A stretch of DNA of 60,875 nt from Sandaracinaceae bacterium (GCA_044220955.1 JBGAQA010000038.1:1-60875); one strand, 5' to 3'. Shown: positions 1 through 9,875, numbered from the stretch's first letter. The notes: generated by a model not told the origin, from the sequence alone. A program made the numbers and translations.

Positions 1-285
1 GCCGCACACGGCCGCGTCTTCGCTCAGCGCGATCTGGCTCGGGCTCGGCGCGGGCGCGGTGGTGACGGGGACCATGCTGGCGACGGGCGTGGTGGTGGGA
101 GGCGGCGCGACCGCCGTCGCGGGGACCGTCGCCGTCGCGGCGGACGTCGTGGTCGCGGGGGCGGCGCTGGCCGGCGGAGGGGGAGGGGGGGCCGGCGGCG
201 CGCGTCCGCAGGCGGCGAGCGCGGCCATCGCGAGCGCCAAGGCCAGCCGCGCCCGTGGGCTTCGCGAGGTGTCGGCCGCGTCCAT
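1..285 (-). CDS. Putative lipoprotein, Pro/Thr-rich N-terminus (partial, runs off window start)
   Basis: Not in ORF track. Read manually from ATG at 285: MDAADTSRSPRARLALALAMAALAAC-GRAPPAPPPPPP..., with a LAAC lipobox and no stop before position 1. TACGCT -10-like box 6 nt upstream. Confidence 0.65.
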   Translation of the reverse strand, partial: MDAADTSRSPRARLALALAMAALAACGRAPPAPPPPPPASAAPATTTSAATATVPATAVAPPPTTTPVASMVPVTTAPAPSPSQIALSEDAAVCG

Positions 286-317
286 CGCCGCAGCGTAACG
301 CAGCGCGATCGCGCTCG

Positions 318-962
318 TCACGTGACGGGCGTTCCATCGCCGGAGAGCACGACGGGCGCTTCCGGGTCGAGGCGGTACGCCGAGAGGACGACGTGCGTGA
401 GCATGTCGAGCAGGAACGAGAGCAGCGTCTCGCGCTCGACGTCGCCGCCCTCGACCCAGCGCAGGCTCGCCGCCTCCACCAGGCCGATCCACGCGCGGGC
501 GGCGAGCTCGAACACGGGGCGGCGCGCCTCCGCGAGGCCGAGGTTCGCGAGCAGTCGACGGACGAACTCCCCGCGCACGCCGCTCAGGACTGCGGCGACC
601 TCCGCGTCGGTGCCGATGCCGCTCCCGAGCAGCGCCTTGAACGCGGCGCCGTTCTGCGAGACGAAGTCGAGGTAGCGCTCCATCGATCGTCGCGCGCGCT
701 CCGGTGGCGGCAGCGTCGCGTCCTCGAGGGTCGCCGCGAGCATCGCGCGCGCGGCCTCCTCGACCGTCGCGACGTAGAAGCCGCGCTTGCTGCCGAAGTA
801 GTGGTAGAGCAGGCCCTTCGAGATCCCCGCGCGCTGCGCGATCTCCTCGACGGCGATCTCGTCGTAGGGCCGCCGGCCGAACAGCTCGCGGCCGAGCGCG
901 AGCAGCTGGGCGCGCCGCTCGTCCAGATCGAGCCGCTTTTCGCCTGTCTTCTTGCGTGCCAA
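318..962 (-). CDS. TetR/AcrR family transcriptional regulator
   Basis: N-terminal HTH (ERRAQLLALGRELF..IAQRAGISKGLLYHYFGSK). Start set at TTG 962 rather than 1022, which leaves room for the divergent promoter and operators. Confidence 0.92.
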   Translation of the reverse strand: MARKKTGEKRLDLDERRAQLLALGRELFGRRPYDEIAVEEIAQRAGISKGLLYHYFGSKRGFYVATVEEAARAMLAATLEDATLPPPERARRSMERYLDFVSQNGAAFKALLGSGIGTDAEVAAVLSGVRGEFVRRLLANLGLAEARRPVFELAARAWIGLVEAASLRWVEGGDVERETLLSFLLDMLTHVVLSAYRLDPEAPVVLSGDGTPVT

Positions 963-983
963 CGCCTGGATCGTCGCTCGTCG

Positions 984-1029
984 TTGACTTTCGTTCAACG
1001 GCGAACACAATCGGTTGAACAAGGTTCAA
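984..1029. promoter_or_regulatory. Two palindromic TetR-type operators in the divergent promoter
   Basis: TTGACT-TTC-GTTCAA (984-998) and perfect TTGAAC-AAG-GTTCAA (1015-1029), 31 bp apart. The first overlaps a TTGACT -35-like box; AAGGAG RBS follows at 1031-1036. Confidence 0.75.
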
Positions 1030-1042
1030 TAAGGAGTCGCGC

Positions 1043-1936
1043 ATGACGACGCTCGCCGCCGATTCGATGGATGCGATCCCAGCCCCTGCGCCCACGCCGC
1101 GCCCGACGCGCAAGAACCCGATCCCGGTGCGGGCGATGGGCTTCCCGTTCGAGGGCAAGGTCCCGCGCTTCTGGCTGATGGGCTCGCCGATCGCGACCCA
1201 CTACTCGAACGCGCTGAACTCGCTCTTCCCCGAGGGCGAGCGCTTCTTCATCCGGAGCGTGAAGCACTACGTCGACCGCATCGGCGACGACCCCGAGCTG
1301 CTCAAGCGCGTGAAGGGCTTCTTCGGACAGGAGGGCCGGCACGGGCACGAGCACGAGCGCTGGAACCGCATCCTCGAGGCGCAGGGCTACGAGATCGAGG
1401 GCTTCCTCGAGGAGCACGGCAAGATCGCCTACGGGCTGTTCGAGCCGAACGCGCCACCGGCGCTGCGCCTGGCCGTGACCGCCGCGCTCGAGCACTTCAC
1501 CGCGACGATGGCGGCGAACGGCCTCACCGGCGAGCTGCTCGATCACGCCGATCCGACGATGGCCGCCCTGCTGCGCTGGCACGCCGCCGAGGAGATCGAG
1601 CACAAGTCGGTCGCGTTCGACGTGTTCATGAAGGTCGACGGCCGCTATCACGTGCGCGTGCTCGGCCTCTTCGTGGCCCTCGCCGGCCTGATGCTGAGCT
1701 GGCGCGGCGCGATGAAGCACCTGATGGCGCAGGAGGCCAAGCGGGGAACGGACCTCGAGGCGGCCAAGACCTGGGCGCGCGAGAACCCGCACCTCATCGC
1801 CGAGGACCAGCGCCGCGGGCGCATGTTCAAGAAGGCGATCCGCGACTACCTCCGGCCCGACTTCCACCCGGACCAGAAGGACGACTACGCGCTCGCCAAG
1901 GGCTACCTCGAGAGCATCGGCCGGCTCGAAGGCTGA
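1043..1936 (+). CDS. Predicted metal-dependent hydrolase (PF10118-like, ferritin-like di-metal fold)
   Basis: Motifs LFPEGERFFI, QEGRHGHEH, ALEHFTA, WHAAEEIEHKSVAFD; strong RBS. Confidence 0.88.
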   Translation: MTTLAADSMDAIPAPAPTPRPTRKNPIPVRAMGFPFEGKVPRFWLMGSPIATHYSNALNSLFPEGERFFIRSVKHYVDRIGDDPELLKRVKGFFGQEGRHGHEHERWNRILEAQGYEIEGFLEEHGKIAYGLFEPNAPPALRLAVTAALEHFTATMAANGLTGELLDHADPTMAALLRWHAAEEIEHKSVAFDVFMKVDGRYHVRVLGLFVALAGLMLSWRGAMKHLMAQEAKRGTDLEAAKTWARENPHLIAEDQRRGRMFKKAIRDYLRPDFHPDQKDDYALAKGYLESIGRLEG

Positions 1937-1962
1937 TGGCCTGACGTAGTAGCTTCGGGTCG

Positions 1963-3204
1963 TTGGCGACCGACCGACCGCGACGATTCCGTATCGACGG
2001 GCACGACGCCGCGCGCATCGCGTCGATCGTGATGATCGCGATCTTCGCGCTCGCGATGGCCAACTACGTCCGCGACCAGTGGTACGACGAGGCGCAGTTC
2101 ACGCACCGCGACTTCCACAACTTCCACTTCGCCGGCGCGCGCATCCGCACCGGCGAGCCCGTCTACCAGCACGACGAGATCCCCTTCCTGCTCACGCCGC
2201 TCGCGGCGCCGGCGGTCGTCGTGCTCTCGTACGTGCCCGAGCACGCCGCGTTCGTGCTCACGGCGATCCTCACGGCGGCGCTCTACGTCTTCGCGGTGGC
2301 GTTCGTGATCCGCACCTGCCGCGGGGATCCACGCTCCGCGATCACGGCGGGGTTCCTGGCGTGCTCGATGCCGCCCTTCTGGTTCGCGCTCTACCTCGGG
2401 CAGCTCACGGGGCTCTGGCTCTTCCTCCTGGCGGTGAGCCTCGCGCTCCTCGCCGTCCCGCGCGCGGAGGGACGGACCTGGCGAACGGAGGCGCTCGCGG
2501 GCGTGCTGACGGCCGTGCTCTGCGTGAAGCCGCAGCTCGCGCTCGTGGTGCTGCTCGTGGCCGTCCTGCGGCGCGCGTGGGCGATGCTGCTGGCCTTCAC
2601 GCTCGGCTTCGCGCTGCTCTGGGCCGCGTCGCTCCCCTTCCTCGGCGTGCGCGCGTTCCTCGAGTGGCGCGAGCAGGTCGCGTGGTGCGCCGAGGCGCTC
2701 GAGGGCGCGGACACGACGTGGTGGCGGCAGTTCACGCTCTACGCGTTCCTGCGCTCGGTGACCTCGCGCGCCGCGATGGACATGGAGGTGGCGCGCTGGG
2801 GCTACGTGGCGATCGTCGGGCCGCTCGGGATCGCGACCCTGCTCGCCGTGCGCAAGGCGCTCGCCCCCGACGACCGACGGCTCGCGCTGCGCGCCGTGTC
2901 GATGCTCGTGCTCGCGTCGATCGCGCTCAACACGTACCTGTTCTATTACGACGCGGCGTTCCTCGTGGTGCCCTGGATGATCTCGTTCCTCGCGTACCAG
3001 ACCTACGCGGGCGTCACGCGCGGGCTCGTCGTGATGATCGCGGCGATCAGCTGGGTGCTCGCGCTGACGACGCCGATCCTGCAGCAGGGCGGCGTCCCGC
3101 TGCCCGGGCTCTTCGCGACGATCTGGCTCGTGGTCGAGATCCTCGACCTCACGCGCGGCGCCGCGGCGCGTGCGGCCTTCCGCCCGGAGCCTCGCCCGGC
3201 GTAG
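1963..3204 (+). CDS. GT87/DUF2029-like polytopic membrane glycosyltransferase (GT-C)
   Basis: Many TM helices; DF..F..AG, GQ and KPQ motifs typical of GT87. Confidence 0.72.
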   Translation: MATDRPRRFRIDGHDAARIASIVMIAIFALAMANYVRDQWYDEAQFTHRDFHNFHFAGARIRTGEPVYQHDEIPFLLTPLAAPAVVVLSYVPEHAAFVLTAILTAALYVFAVAFVIRTCRGDPRSAITAGFLACSMPPFWFALYLGQLTGLWLFLLAVSLALLAVPRAEGRTWRTEALAGVLTAVLCVKPQLALVVLLVAVLRRAWAMLLAFTLGFALLWAASLPFLGVRAFLEWREQVAWCAEALEGADTTWWRQFTLYAFLRSVTSRAAMDMEVARWGYVAIVGPLGIATLLAVRKALAPDDRRLALRAVSMLVLASIALNTYLFYYDAAFLVVPWMISFLAYQTYAGVTRGLVVMIAAISWVLALTTPILQQGGVPLPGLFATIWLVVEILDLTRGAAARAAFRPEPRPA

Positions 3205-3227
3205 CGCGCTTCGATCTATGCTTCCGC

Positions 3228-4487
3228 ATGCGCTCGGGGCTCGCGGCGACCTCGATCCTGCTCGCGATCGCGGCCAGCGGCTGCGACGCGGCGCACCTCG
3301 CGCCGGAGGACGCAGGGGCCGATGCGCCCGCGCCGTCCGACGCAGGTCTGGACGCGATCGATGCGCCTGTGCACGACGGCGGGATCGACGCCGGCACCGA
3401 CACGGGCCCGCCCGACGCGGGCAGCGATGCGGGCCCGCCCGACGCCGGCACCGACGCGTGGCTCGGCGATCCCGAGTGGGTGCCGCTTCCCGAGGGCCCC
3501 TGGTGCATCCAGGTCGCGACCCATCCGGAGCGCGTCCAGCTGCCCGGCTACGTGGCGGCGGCGTTCGCGATCGAGGGCCGCGTCTACGTGGCCCTCGACG
3601 AGGGCTCGTCGCTCGACACCACGACCGCGATCGTCGAGCTCGACACCCTGCGCGTCGTTGCGGCGTTCCACACGCACTGGAGCTGGGAGGACGCAGAGCG
3701 TGGGTGCGGGATCGAGGCGTACGGCACGAACGGGACCGACCTCGGGCTGCACGTGAGCCGCTGGCCCCTCGGCCTCGGCCCCGGCGAGGCTGAGATCCAC
3801 CGCATGCGCTTCGACGACGCGCTCGCGACCACGCACCTCGTCGGCCGCTACTCCCGGACGACGATCACCGACCTCCCGACGCCCTGCCGGCTCGCGCTCG
3901 GGCCGACCCTCGCGTACGCCGTCGACGGCGTGTCCGACGTCCGCGTGCTCCGGCCCGACGGGACGGTCTCGGTGGTCGGCGGCACCGTCGACGGATGGAC
4001 CGGGCCGCCCGTCTTCACGATCGGCGACGACGCCTGGTTCCTGCACGGCTTTCTCGCGCCCACATCGATCTCGCGGTCGGCCGCCGGCAACGGCGCGGAC
4101 TCGGTGCGGACTGGTACGGGGATCTCGGGGCTCGGCGTCGACGGGACGACGCTCGCATGGCTCGAGGCCGGTCAGCTGATGAGCGGCACGTGGGACGGCG
4201 CGCTGCACGCGCGCAGCGTGCGGGCCGTCTCGGGGGAGTCGCTCTACGCATGGGCAGGCGGTGGCTACGTGACGAGGCCCGAGCGCGATCCGGCGGCACC
4301 GGCGTCGTTCCTCGTCGCGGTGTACCGCCTGAGCGACGGCGCGCGCGCCACGATCGACGTGCACGTCGAGGCCAGCTTCTACAGCGAGCCCCTGGTCCTG
4401 GCGACCGAGAGTGCGATCCTCGTGGCTCCCACGCGGCACTTCGCGGATCTCGTGCGCGTGGACCCTGGGGCGCTGACCTTCCGCTGA
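3228..4487 (+). CDS. Putative lipoprotein with DAG/DTG linker and beta-rich body
   Basis: MRSGLAATSILLAIAASG-C lipobox, then a DAG-rich linker. It is the C-terminal part of track ORF 2079..4487. Confidence 0.7.
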   Translation: MRSGLAATSILLAIAASGCDAAHLAPEDAGADAPAPSDAGLDAIDAPVHDGGIDAGTDTGPPDAGSDAGPPDAGTDAWLGDPEWVPLPEGPWCIQVATHPERVQLPGYVAAAFAIEGRVYVALDEGSSLDTTTAIVELDTLRVVAAFHTHWSWEDAERGCGIEAYGTNGTDLGLHVSRWPLGLGPGEAEIHRMRFDDALATTHLVGRYSRTTITDLPTPCRLALGPTLAYAVDGVSDVRVLRPDGTVSVVGGTVDGWTGPPVFTIGDDAWFLHGFLAPTSISRSAAGNGADSVRTGTGISGLGVDGTTLAWLEAGQLMSGTWDGALHARSVRAVSGESLYAWAGGGYVTRPERDPAAPASFLVAVYRLSDGARATIDVHVEASFYSEPLVLATESAILVAPTRHFADLVRVDPGALTFR

Positions 4488-4548
4488 TGGCTCCCCAGGG
4501 TGCTGCCTTCCGATCCGACCCCTCGGCGGTGTAGCGTCCCCGATCGCA

Positions 4549-5448
4549 GTGTCGCGCTCACCTTGGAACACGTTCCGGATCGACGAGCACCCGGACTTCA
4601 AGGCGCTGCCGCGGGACCGCTGCACGCTGACGATGCTGCAGGGGCCCTCGCCGGGCTCGATCCAGCCGGTGTCGGGCGACGAGCTGGTGCTGGGGCGCGA
4701 CGAGGAGCTGCCGGCGCGCATCGACGACCGCGGCATGTCGCGGCGCCACGCGCGCATCCACCGGCTGCTCGGGGAGTGGGCGGTCGAGGATCTCGGGAGC
4801 ACCAACGGCACGTTCGTGAACGGGCAGCGCGTCGGCGGCGTCGCCAAGCGGCTCGTGGACGGCGACCGCATCCAGCTCGGCGAGACCACGGTGCTGCGCG
4901 TCTCGATGCACGACGCGGACGAGCAAGAGATCGCCAAGCGCGCGTACGAGTCGACGGTGAAGGACCCGCTGACGGGCGTCTTCAACCGGCGGCACTTCGA
5001 CGAGCGCTTCGCGGCCGAGCACGCCTATGCGCGCCGCCACGCGCAGGCGCTCACCGTGCTCTTCCTGGACCTCGACCACTTCAAGCAGATCAACGACACG
5101 CACGGCCATCAGGCGGGCGACAAGGTCCTGGTCGCGGCCGCCACCGCGATGGCCAAGTGCGTGCGGACCGAGGATCTCGTGGCGCGCTTCGGCGGCGAGG
5201 AGTTCGTGGTGCTCGCGCGCGCGCTCGAGCGCGAGGGGGCGGCCGTGCTGGCGGAGCGGCTGCGCGCGACGGTCGAGGCGCTGGCGATCGACGTGGGCAA
5301 GGCGACCGTGCGTCCGACGGCGAGCGTCGGGTACGCGACGCTCGACCGGCTGCACGATCATCCCCACGCCGCCCAGTTGCTCGCGGCGGCGGACCGCGGC
5401 GTCTACGCGGCGAAGCAGGCCGGAAGGAACCGGGTCGCGGTCGGGTAG
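4549..5448 (+). CDS. FHA-domain diguanylate cyclase (FHA-GGDEF)
   Basis: FHA motifs LGR, SRRH, DLGSTNGTFVNG. GGDEF domain: DPLTG..NRR, DLDHFKQIND..GH..GD, RTED I-site, GGEEF. Confidence 0.93.
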   Translation: MSRSPWNTFRIDEHPDFKALPRDRCTLTMLQGPSPGSIQPVSGDELVLGRDEELPARIDDRGMSRRHARIHRLLGEWAVEDLGSTNGTFVNGQRVGGVAKRLVDGDRIQLGETTVLRVSMHDADEQEIAKRAYESTVKDPLTGVFNRRHFDERFAAEHAYARRHAQALTVLFLDLDHFKQINDTHGHQAGDKVLVAAATAMAKCVRTEDLVARFGGEEFVVLARALEREGAAVLAERLRATVEALAIDVGKATVRPTASVGYATLDRLHDHPHAAQLLAAADRGVYAAKQAGRNRVAVG

Positions 5449-5452
5449 GGAT

Positions 5453-5516
5453 CGAGAGCGAGAGCGAGAGCGAGAGCGAGAGCGAGAGCGAGAGCGAGAG
5501 CGAGAGCGAGAGCGAG
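5453..5516. repeat. Perfect hexanucleotide microsatellite (CGAGAG)n, about 10.7 copies, intergenic
   Basis: Read directly from the sequence; fills most of the gap between the GGDEF stop and the next gene's TAGGCT box. Confidence 0.95.
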
Positions 5517-5530
5517 TAGGCTTCCCGCCC

Positions 5531-6292
5531 ATGCGCTCCTTTCTCCTCGGCCCCGTCCTCCTCGCCGCGTGCGCCAGCGCGGCGGCCCCGGCGCCGCCTC
5601 CGGCCGACGACGGCACCTCCGGGGGCGCAGCCGACGTCTCGTCCCTCCGCTTCGCGCCGCCCGCCGGCGCCCGCTTCGGGTACCGGCGCAGTCTCCACGT
5701 CATCCGTGCGCACGACACGAGCGACGAGACGTTCACCGGGACCTGGGCCGTCCGCGCCGAGGGCGAGGTCGCGCTCACCGTCCTCCCGCCCGGCGGTGCG
5801 AGCACGTCCGGCCCGCTGACGCTGCACTACGACGCGCGCGGGCTGCCGACCGGTGACGCGGTCGACGTCGAGGGTCTCTCGAACGACGCGAGCCAGGCCT
5901 TCACGCTCGCGCCCATCGGCTCCGCCATCGTGGGGCTGCCGCTCACGCGCACCGAGGACGGAGCGTGGTCGGGCGTCCTCCCGTTCCCGGACGGCGCCAC
6001 GCTCGGCATGCCGATCGAGCTCCCGACCGAGTGCACGGCGAGCTCGAGCGAGGGCGGCGCGTGGGACATCGCCTGCCGCGTGTCGCGCACGCAGCCGATG
6101 CCTGCGCGTGGTGACGGCTGGGAGCGGGTCGCGACCTTCCGCGCCGAGGTCACCGCGCGCGTCGATGCGAGCGGTGTCGCCCACGCGTCCACCTACCACT
6201 TCGTCGTCGATCTGACGCAGACGCTCGGCGACCACGTCGAGCACGAGGGTGGAGAGGCGACGGTCGAGACCGAGCTGACGCCGATGCAGTGA
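5531..6292 (+). CDS. Hypothetical lipoprotein
   Basis: MRSFLLGPVLLAA-C lipobox; C-terminal part of track ORF 5027..6292. Confidence 0.7.
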   Translation: MRSFLLGPVLLAACASAAAPAPPPADDGTSGGAADVSSLRFAPPAGARFGYRRSLHVIRAHDTSDETFTGTWAVRAEGEVALTVLPPGGASTSGPLTLHYDARGLPTGDAVDVEGLSNDASQAFTLAPIGSAIVGLPLTRTEDGAWSGVLPFPDGATLGMPIELPTECTASSSEGGAWDIACRVSRTQPMPARGDGWERVATFRAEVTARVDASGVAHASTYHFVVDLTQTLGDHVEHEGGEATVETELTPMQ

Positions 6293-6377
6293 GGGCGTGG
6301 CGAGCTCCGACGACCCTCGCGAGCGCGCCACGTCTCGGGATCGAGAGGATGGCCCGTGCTCGTCGGACCGGCTCAGC

Positions 6378-9281
6378 TCAATCCGCCGGGAACGGCGCCG
6401 CGACCCCGACCTTGCCGATGCGCGCCTCGAACACCGCCCGGACGCGCTCGGCGTGCCTTCGGTACGTCCCCTCGAGGACCTCGATCTCGGCCCGCCCGTC
6501 CCGCGCGCGCAGCCCCAGCCTCCGCGCGACGTGCTCGCCGGATCGCGAGCGCGGCCGGAGCATCGGCTCCCCCTGATCCGAGAGGAGCCGCAGCGTCTGC
6601 TCCACCGTACGGAAGAAGCTCCAGGCGCGCTCGAGCACTTCTGCGGCGTCGCGGTCGAGGTGGCCGCGCCGGTGCAGCTCGGCGAGGCTCGCGAGCGTGC
6701 CGCGCGCGATCGAAGGCTCGCGCGCCTCGAGCCGTGCCAGCTGCGTGATGAGCTCGATGTCGAGCATCGCGCCGTGGCCGAGCTTCACGTGGTAGCGGTG
6801 CGGTGCCTCGTTCGCGAGCTCGCGCTGCGATCGCGCGCGCAGCTCGACCACCCGCGCGCGATCGATCGGACGCGGGCTCGCCAGGGCGTGCGCGATGGTC
6901 CGCTCGACCCGGTCCCGCAGCGCCTCGCTCCCGACCAGCACACGCGCGCGCGTGAGCGCCTGCCGCTCCCAGGTGTCGGCGTGGCCCTCGTGATAGCGCT
7001 CGAACGCGCCGGCGGTCACGACGAGCGTCCCCTGCGAGCCGCTGGGCCTGAGGCGCGTGTCCATCGCCCAGCCCGTCCCTTCCGCGTCGGGCTGCGCGAG
7101 CATCGCCATCGTGCGCTGTGCCGCGCGGGTGAAGTGCTCTCCGTGCGTGACCGCCCCAGGACCGGCGGTCTCGCCGTCCGCGTCGTACACGAACACGAGA
7201 TCGAGGTCCCCGCCGAAGCCGAGCTCGCGCGAGCCCAGCTTGCCCAGGGCGATCACGCCGAGCGAGGCGCCCTCCGCCGGCGCGCCGTGGCGCGCGTCGC
7301 ACTCGCGGGTGGCGACCTGCGCCGCGAGCGCCACCTGCTGCTCGGCGAGCGTGGAGAGCAGCTCCGTCGCACGCGCGAGCGAGATCTCGGCGGACACGAG
7401 GGCCAGGCCCACGCGCAGAGTCACCTCGCGCTTGACGCGCCTCAGCCGGTGCACGAACGGCTCCGTCTCGCCCTCGCCGAGCTCGCGCACGAGCGTCTCG
7501 TGCTCGACGACGACGGCGCGCTCGTCGATCGGCTCCGCCAGGACGAGCAGGGCGATCTCGTCCGGGTGGCCGACCAGCGCACGCGAGAGCACGGGGCTCG
7601 CGCCGAAGAGGCCGACCATGCGGCGCAAGAGTCGCGGCTCGCGCTCGAACACGCCGAGATCGAAGCCGCGAAGCCGTGCGAAGAAGTCGGCCGACGAGCG
7701 CAGCGCCTCGACCGGGTCGCCGGCCTCGCCGATCTCGTCGAGCAGCTTCGGGCCCAGGCTCGGGTGTCGCTCGCGCGTCAGCGGCCCGAGCGGCGCGTCC
7801 GGGAAGCGCGCGAGGCGCTTGAGGTGGTGGGCGACCTCGAGCGTGTCGGCCCCCTCGAACGCGACGTCGAGCACGCCGGCGAGGCCCTCGGCGATCTCCG
7901 GCTCCGTGGCCCCCTCCGCGATCCGGTCACACAGGTCGGCGGTCCGCGGGCGCTCGCGCGGTCGATCGAGCAAGAGCGAGTCGAAGAGCTCGGCGACGCG
8001 CGTGCGCGCCCGCCCGAGCGCCACGTCGAGCGCCCCGGCGTCGCGGTACCCGAGCGAGCGCGCGAAGCGCTCCTTCTCCGCGCCGTCGGGCGGGACGCGG
8101 TGCGTCTGGTAGCCCGTCCACGCGTGGATGCGGTGCTCGACCCGGCGCAAGAGGGCCCAGCTCTCCGCCAGTGCTCGGGCCTCGCGCGCGCTCACGAGCG
8201 CCGCGCCCTCGAGGCGTCCGAGCGCCTCCATGGTTCCCGGTGTGCGCAGCTTGGGGCTCACCCCGCCCCACACGAGGCAGAGCGTCTGGACGAAGAACTC
8301 GGCCTCGCGGATGCCTCCGCGCCCGAGCTTCACGTCGCGCTCGTCCGCCTTCAGCTCGCGGCGCGCACGCTCCACCATGTCGTGCATCTCTCGGGCGATC
8401 CCCGGATCGACCCGGCGCCGGTACACGAAGGGCGCGAGCGCGGCGAGCAGCTCCTGCCCGAGAGCCGCGTCGCCGGCGACCGGGCGCGCGCGGAGCAGGG
8501 CGGCGCGCTCCCACGTCCGCCCGAACGTCTCGTAGTAGCGCTCGGCGCTCGCGAGGGAGTTCGTCAGAGGTCCGCGGCTGCCCTCGGGGCGCAGGCGGAG
8601 GTCGACGCGGAAGCAGAATCCGTCCTCGGTGACGTCGGAGAGCAGCTTCGTCGCGCGCGACACGATCCGAGCGCTGTGCTCGTGGACGACGAGGGAGGCA
8701 TCGTCCACGGTGCCGTCGTCGGTCTCGTAGAAGAAGCAGAGGTCGACGTCGCTGCCGAGGTTCAGCTCCCGCCCGCCGAGCTTGCCCATGCCGAGGCAGA
8801 CGAGCGGCATGGGCCGGCCCTCGCTCGTCCGCGCGATGCCGTGCCGTTCCTCGACGGCGGTCCGTGCGGTGCACAGCGCGTGCTCGATGCAGCCCGACGC
8901 GAGCTCGGCCATCTCGAAGCTGGTGTGATCCACGTCGGCGAGGCGAAGCACCTCGCGGATGGCGATGCGGAGCACGTGGTGGTGGCGCACCCGCCGCAGC
9001 GCACTCGTCGCGTCGAGGCCGGACGCCTCGGCCCGGGCGAGGTCGGCCATCGCGGCCTGCGCGCGCGTCTCGCGCTCGAGCCCCGCGTCGAGCACGGCCG
9101 CGGGGAGCTCGGGACGGCCGAGGGCGAGCGGCAGCAGGCCCGGGGCGTGCGCCGAGAGGAGGAGGACCACGTCGCGAACGTCCTCGCGCTCGAGGTCGCC
9201 GCCGTGCTCCGCGAAGGCCGTGAGCGCCGCGGGATCCCCGTCCCGGGCCCGCTCGGTCAGGACGCTCCGCACGGCCGGCAT
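6378..9281 (-). CDS. glnE: Bifunctional glutamine synthetase adenylyltransferase/adenylyl-removing enzyme
   Basis: Two nucleotidyltransferase domains (GMGKLGGRELNLGSDVDL..RVDLRLRPEG; ALGKLGSRELGFGGDLDL..DTRLRPSG), WERAALLRAR, DVKLGRGGIRE. Start set at ATG 9281. Confidence 0.93.
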   Translation of the reverse strand: MPAVRSVLTERARDGDPAALTAFAEHGGDLEREDVRDVVLLLSAHAPGLLPLALGRPELPAAVLDAGLERETRAQAAMADLARAEASGLDATSALRRVRHHHVLRIAIREVLRLADVDHTSFEMAELASGCIEHALCTARTAVEERHGIARTSEGRPMPLVCLGMGKLGGRELNLGSDVDLCFFYETDDGTVDDASLVVHEHSARIVSRATKLLSDVTEDGFCFRVDLRLRPEGSRGPLTNSLASAERYYETFGRTWERAALLRARPVAGDAALGQELLAALAPFVYRRRVDPGIAREMHDMVERARRELKADERDVKLGRGGIREAEFFVQTLCLVWGGVSPKLRTPGTMEALGRLEGAALVSAREARALAESWALLRRVEHRIHAWTGYQTHRVPPDGAEKERFARSLGYRDAGALDVALGRARTRVAELFDSLLLDRPRERPRTADLCDRIAEGATEPEIAEGLAGVLDVAFEGADTLEVAHHLKRLARFPDAPLGPLTRERHPSLGPKLLDEIGEAGDPVEALRSSADFFARLRGFDLGVFEREPRLLRRMVGLFGASPVLSRALVGHPDEIALLVLAEPIDERAVVVEHETLVRELGEGETEPFVHRLRRVKREVTLRVGLALVSAEISLARATELLSTLAEQQVALAAQVATRECDARHGAPAEGASLGVIALGKLGSRELGFGGDLDLVFVYDADGETAGPGAVTHGEHFTRAAQRTMAMLAQPDAEGTGWAMDTRLRPSGSQGTLVVTAGAFERYHEGHADTWERQALTRARVLVGSEALRDRVERTIAHALASPRPIDRARVVELRARSQRELANEAPHRYHVKLGHGAMLDIELITQLARLEAREPSIARGTLASLAELHRRGHLDRDAAEVLERAWSFFRTVEQTLRLLSDQGEPMLRPRSRSGEHVARRLGLRARDGRAEIEVLEGTYRRHAERVRAVFEARIGKVGVAAPFPAD

Positions 9282-9343
9282 CCTGACACGAGCCCCGCGA
9301 AACCGAAGGTGTTTTCCAAAAGCGCCCCCCGGCAGAGCCGACA

Positions 9344-9372
9344 TTGACGCTGGTTTGGCCGTGAAGTAGAAC
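9344..9372 (+). promoter_or_regulatory. Putative sigma70-type promoter of yajC-secDF-recJ
   Basis: TTGACG (9344-9349), 17-bp spacer, TAGAAC (9367-9372). Confidence 0.5.
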
Positions 9373-9428
9373 GCGCGACCTTTTCCCGGCCGCCTCCGCG
9401 TGAGCTGCCGTGGTGCGATGCCGCTGAG

Positions 9429-9875
9429 GTGATGGCCGTGGTCCTGGCGATTCTCGACTTCTTGCTCTGGCTCCAGCCTGCCGCGACCCCCTCCGCCTCG
9501 GGCGGCGGCTCGGGTGCGGGCGGTGGCGGCGCGATGGGCTGCGGCATGAACGCCGCCATGATGCTGGGCATCCTGGCGATCACGTACTTCTTCCTCCTGC
9601 GACCCGACGCGCAGCGGCGGAAAGAGGCCGACGACCTGCAGAAGGGCCTGCGTCGCGGCATGAAGGTGCGGACCTCGGGTGGGATCCTCGGCGAGATCGT
9701 CGGGCTCACGGAGCGCGACGTGACGCTGGCCGTGGCGGACAAGGTCCGCATCAACGTGCTTCGCGAGAACATCAAGGGCCCCGAGGTCGAGATGCCCGCG
9801 GGCGAGGCGAAGAAGGCCGCCGAGAAGGAAGCCGCAGCCGCGGGCGCGGCGAGCGCCAGCGAAGAGAAGAAATGA
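9429..9875 (+). CDS. yajC: Preprotein translocase subunit YajC
   Basis: YFFLLRP..QRRK, L..G.KV.TSGGI.G.I motif; lies upstream of secD. Confidence 0.93.
   Translation: MMAVVLAILDFLLWLQPAATPSASGGGSGAGGGGAMGCGMNAAMMLGILAITYFFLLRPDAQRRKEADDLQKGLRRGMKVRTSGGILGEIVGLTERDVTLAVADKVRINVLRENIKGPEVEMPAGEAKKAAEKEAAAAGAASASEEKK

Noticed and set aside
5453..5516. Poly-ES or poly-RE peptide tails in track ORFs 4500..5519 and 5027..6292
   Set aside because: Artefacts of translating the intergenic microsatellite in shadow frames.
6297..9347. 1016-aa plus-strand ORF and similar long antisense or alternate-frame ORFs (e.g. 27139..29868, 35348..38329, 38300..40657, 46247..49102, 53341..55092)
   Set aside because: Shadow frames of well-supported genes. 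They are Arg/Ala/Gly-rich with no motifs, as expected in very GC-rich DNA with few stop codons.
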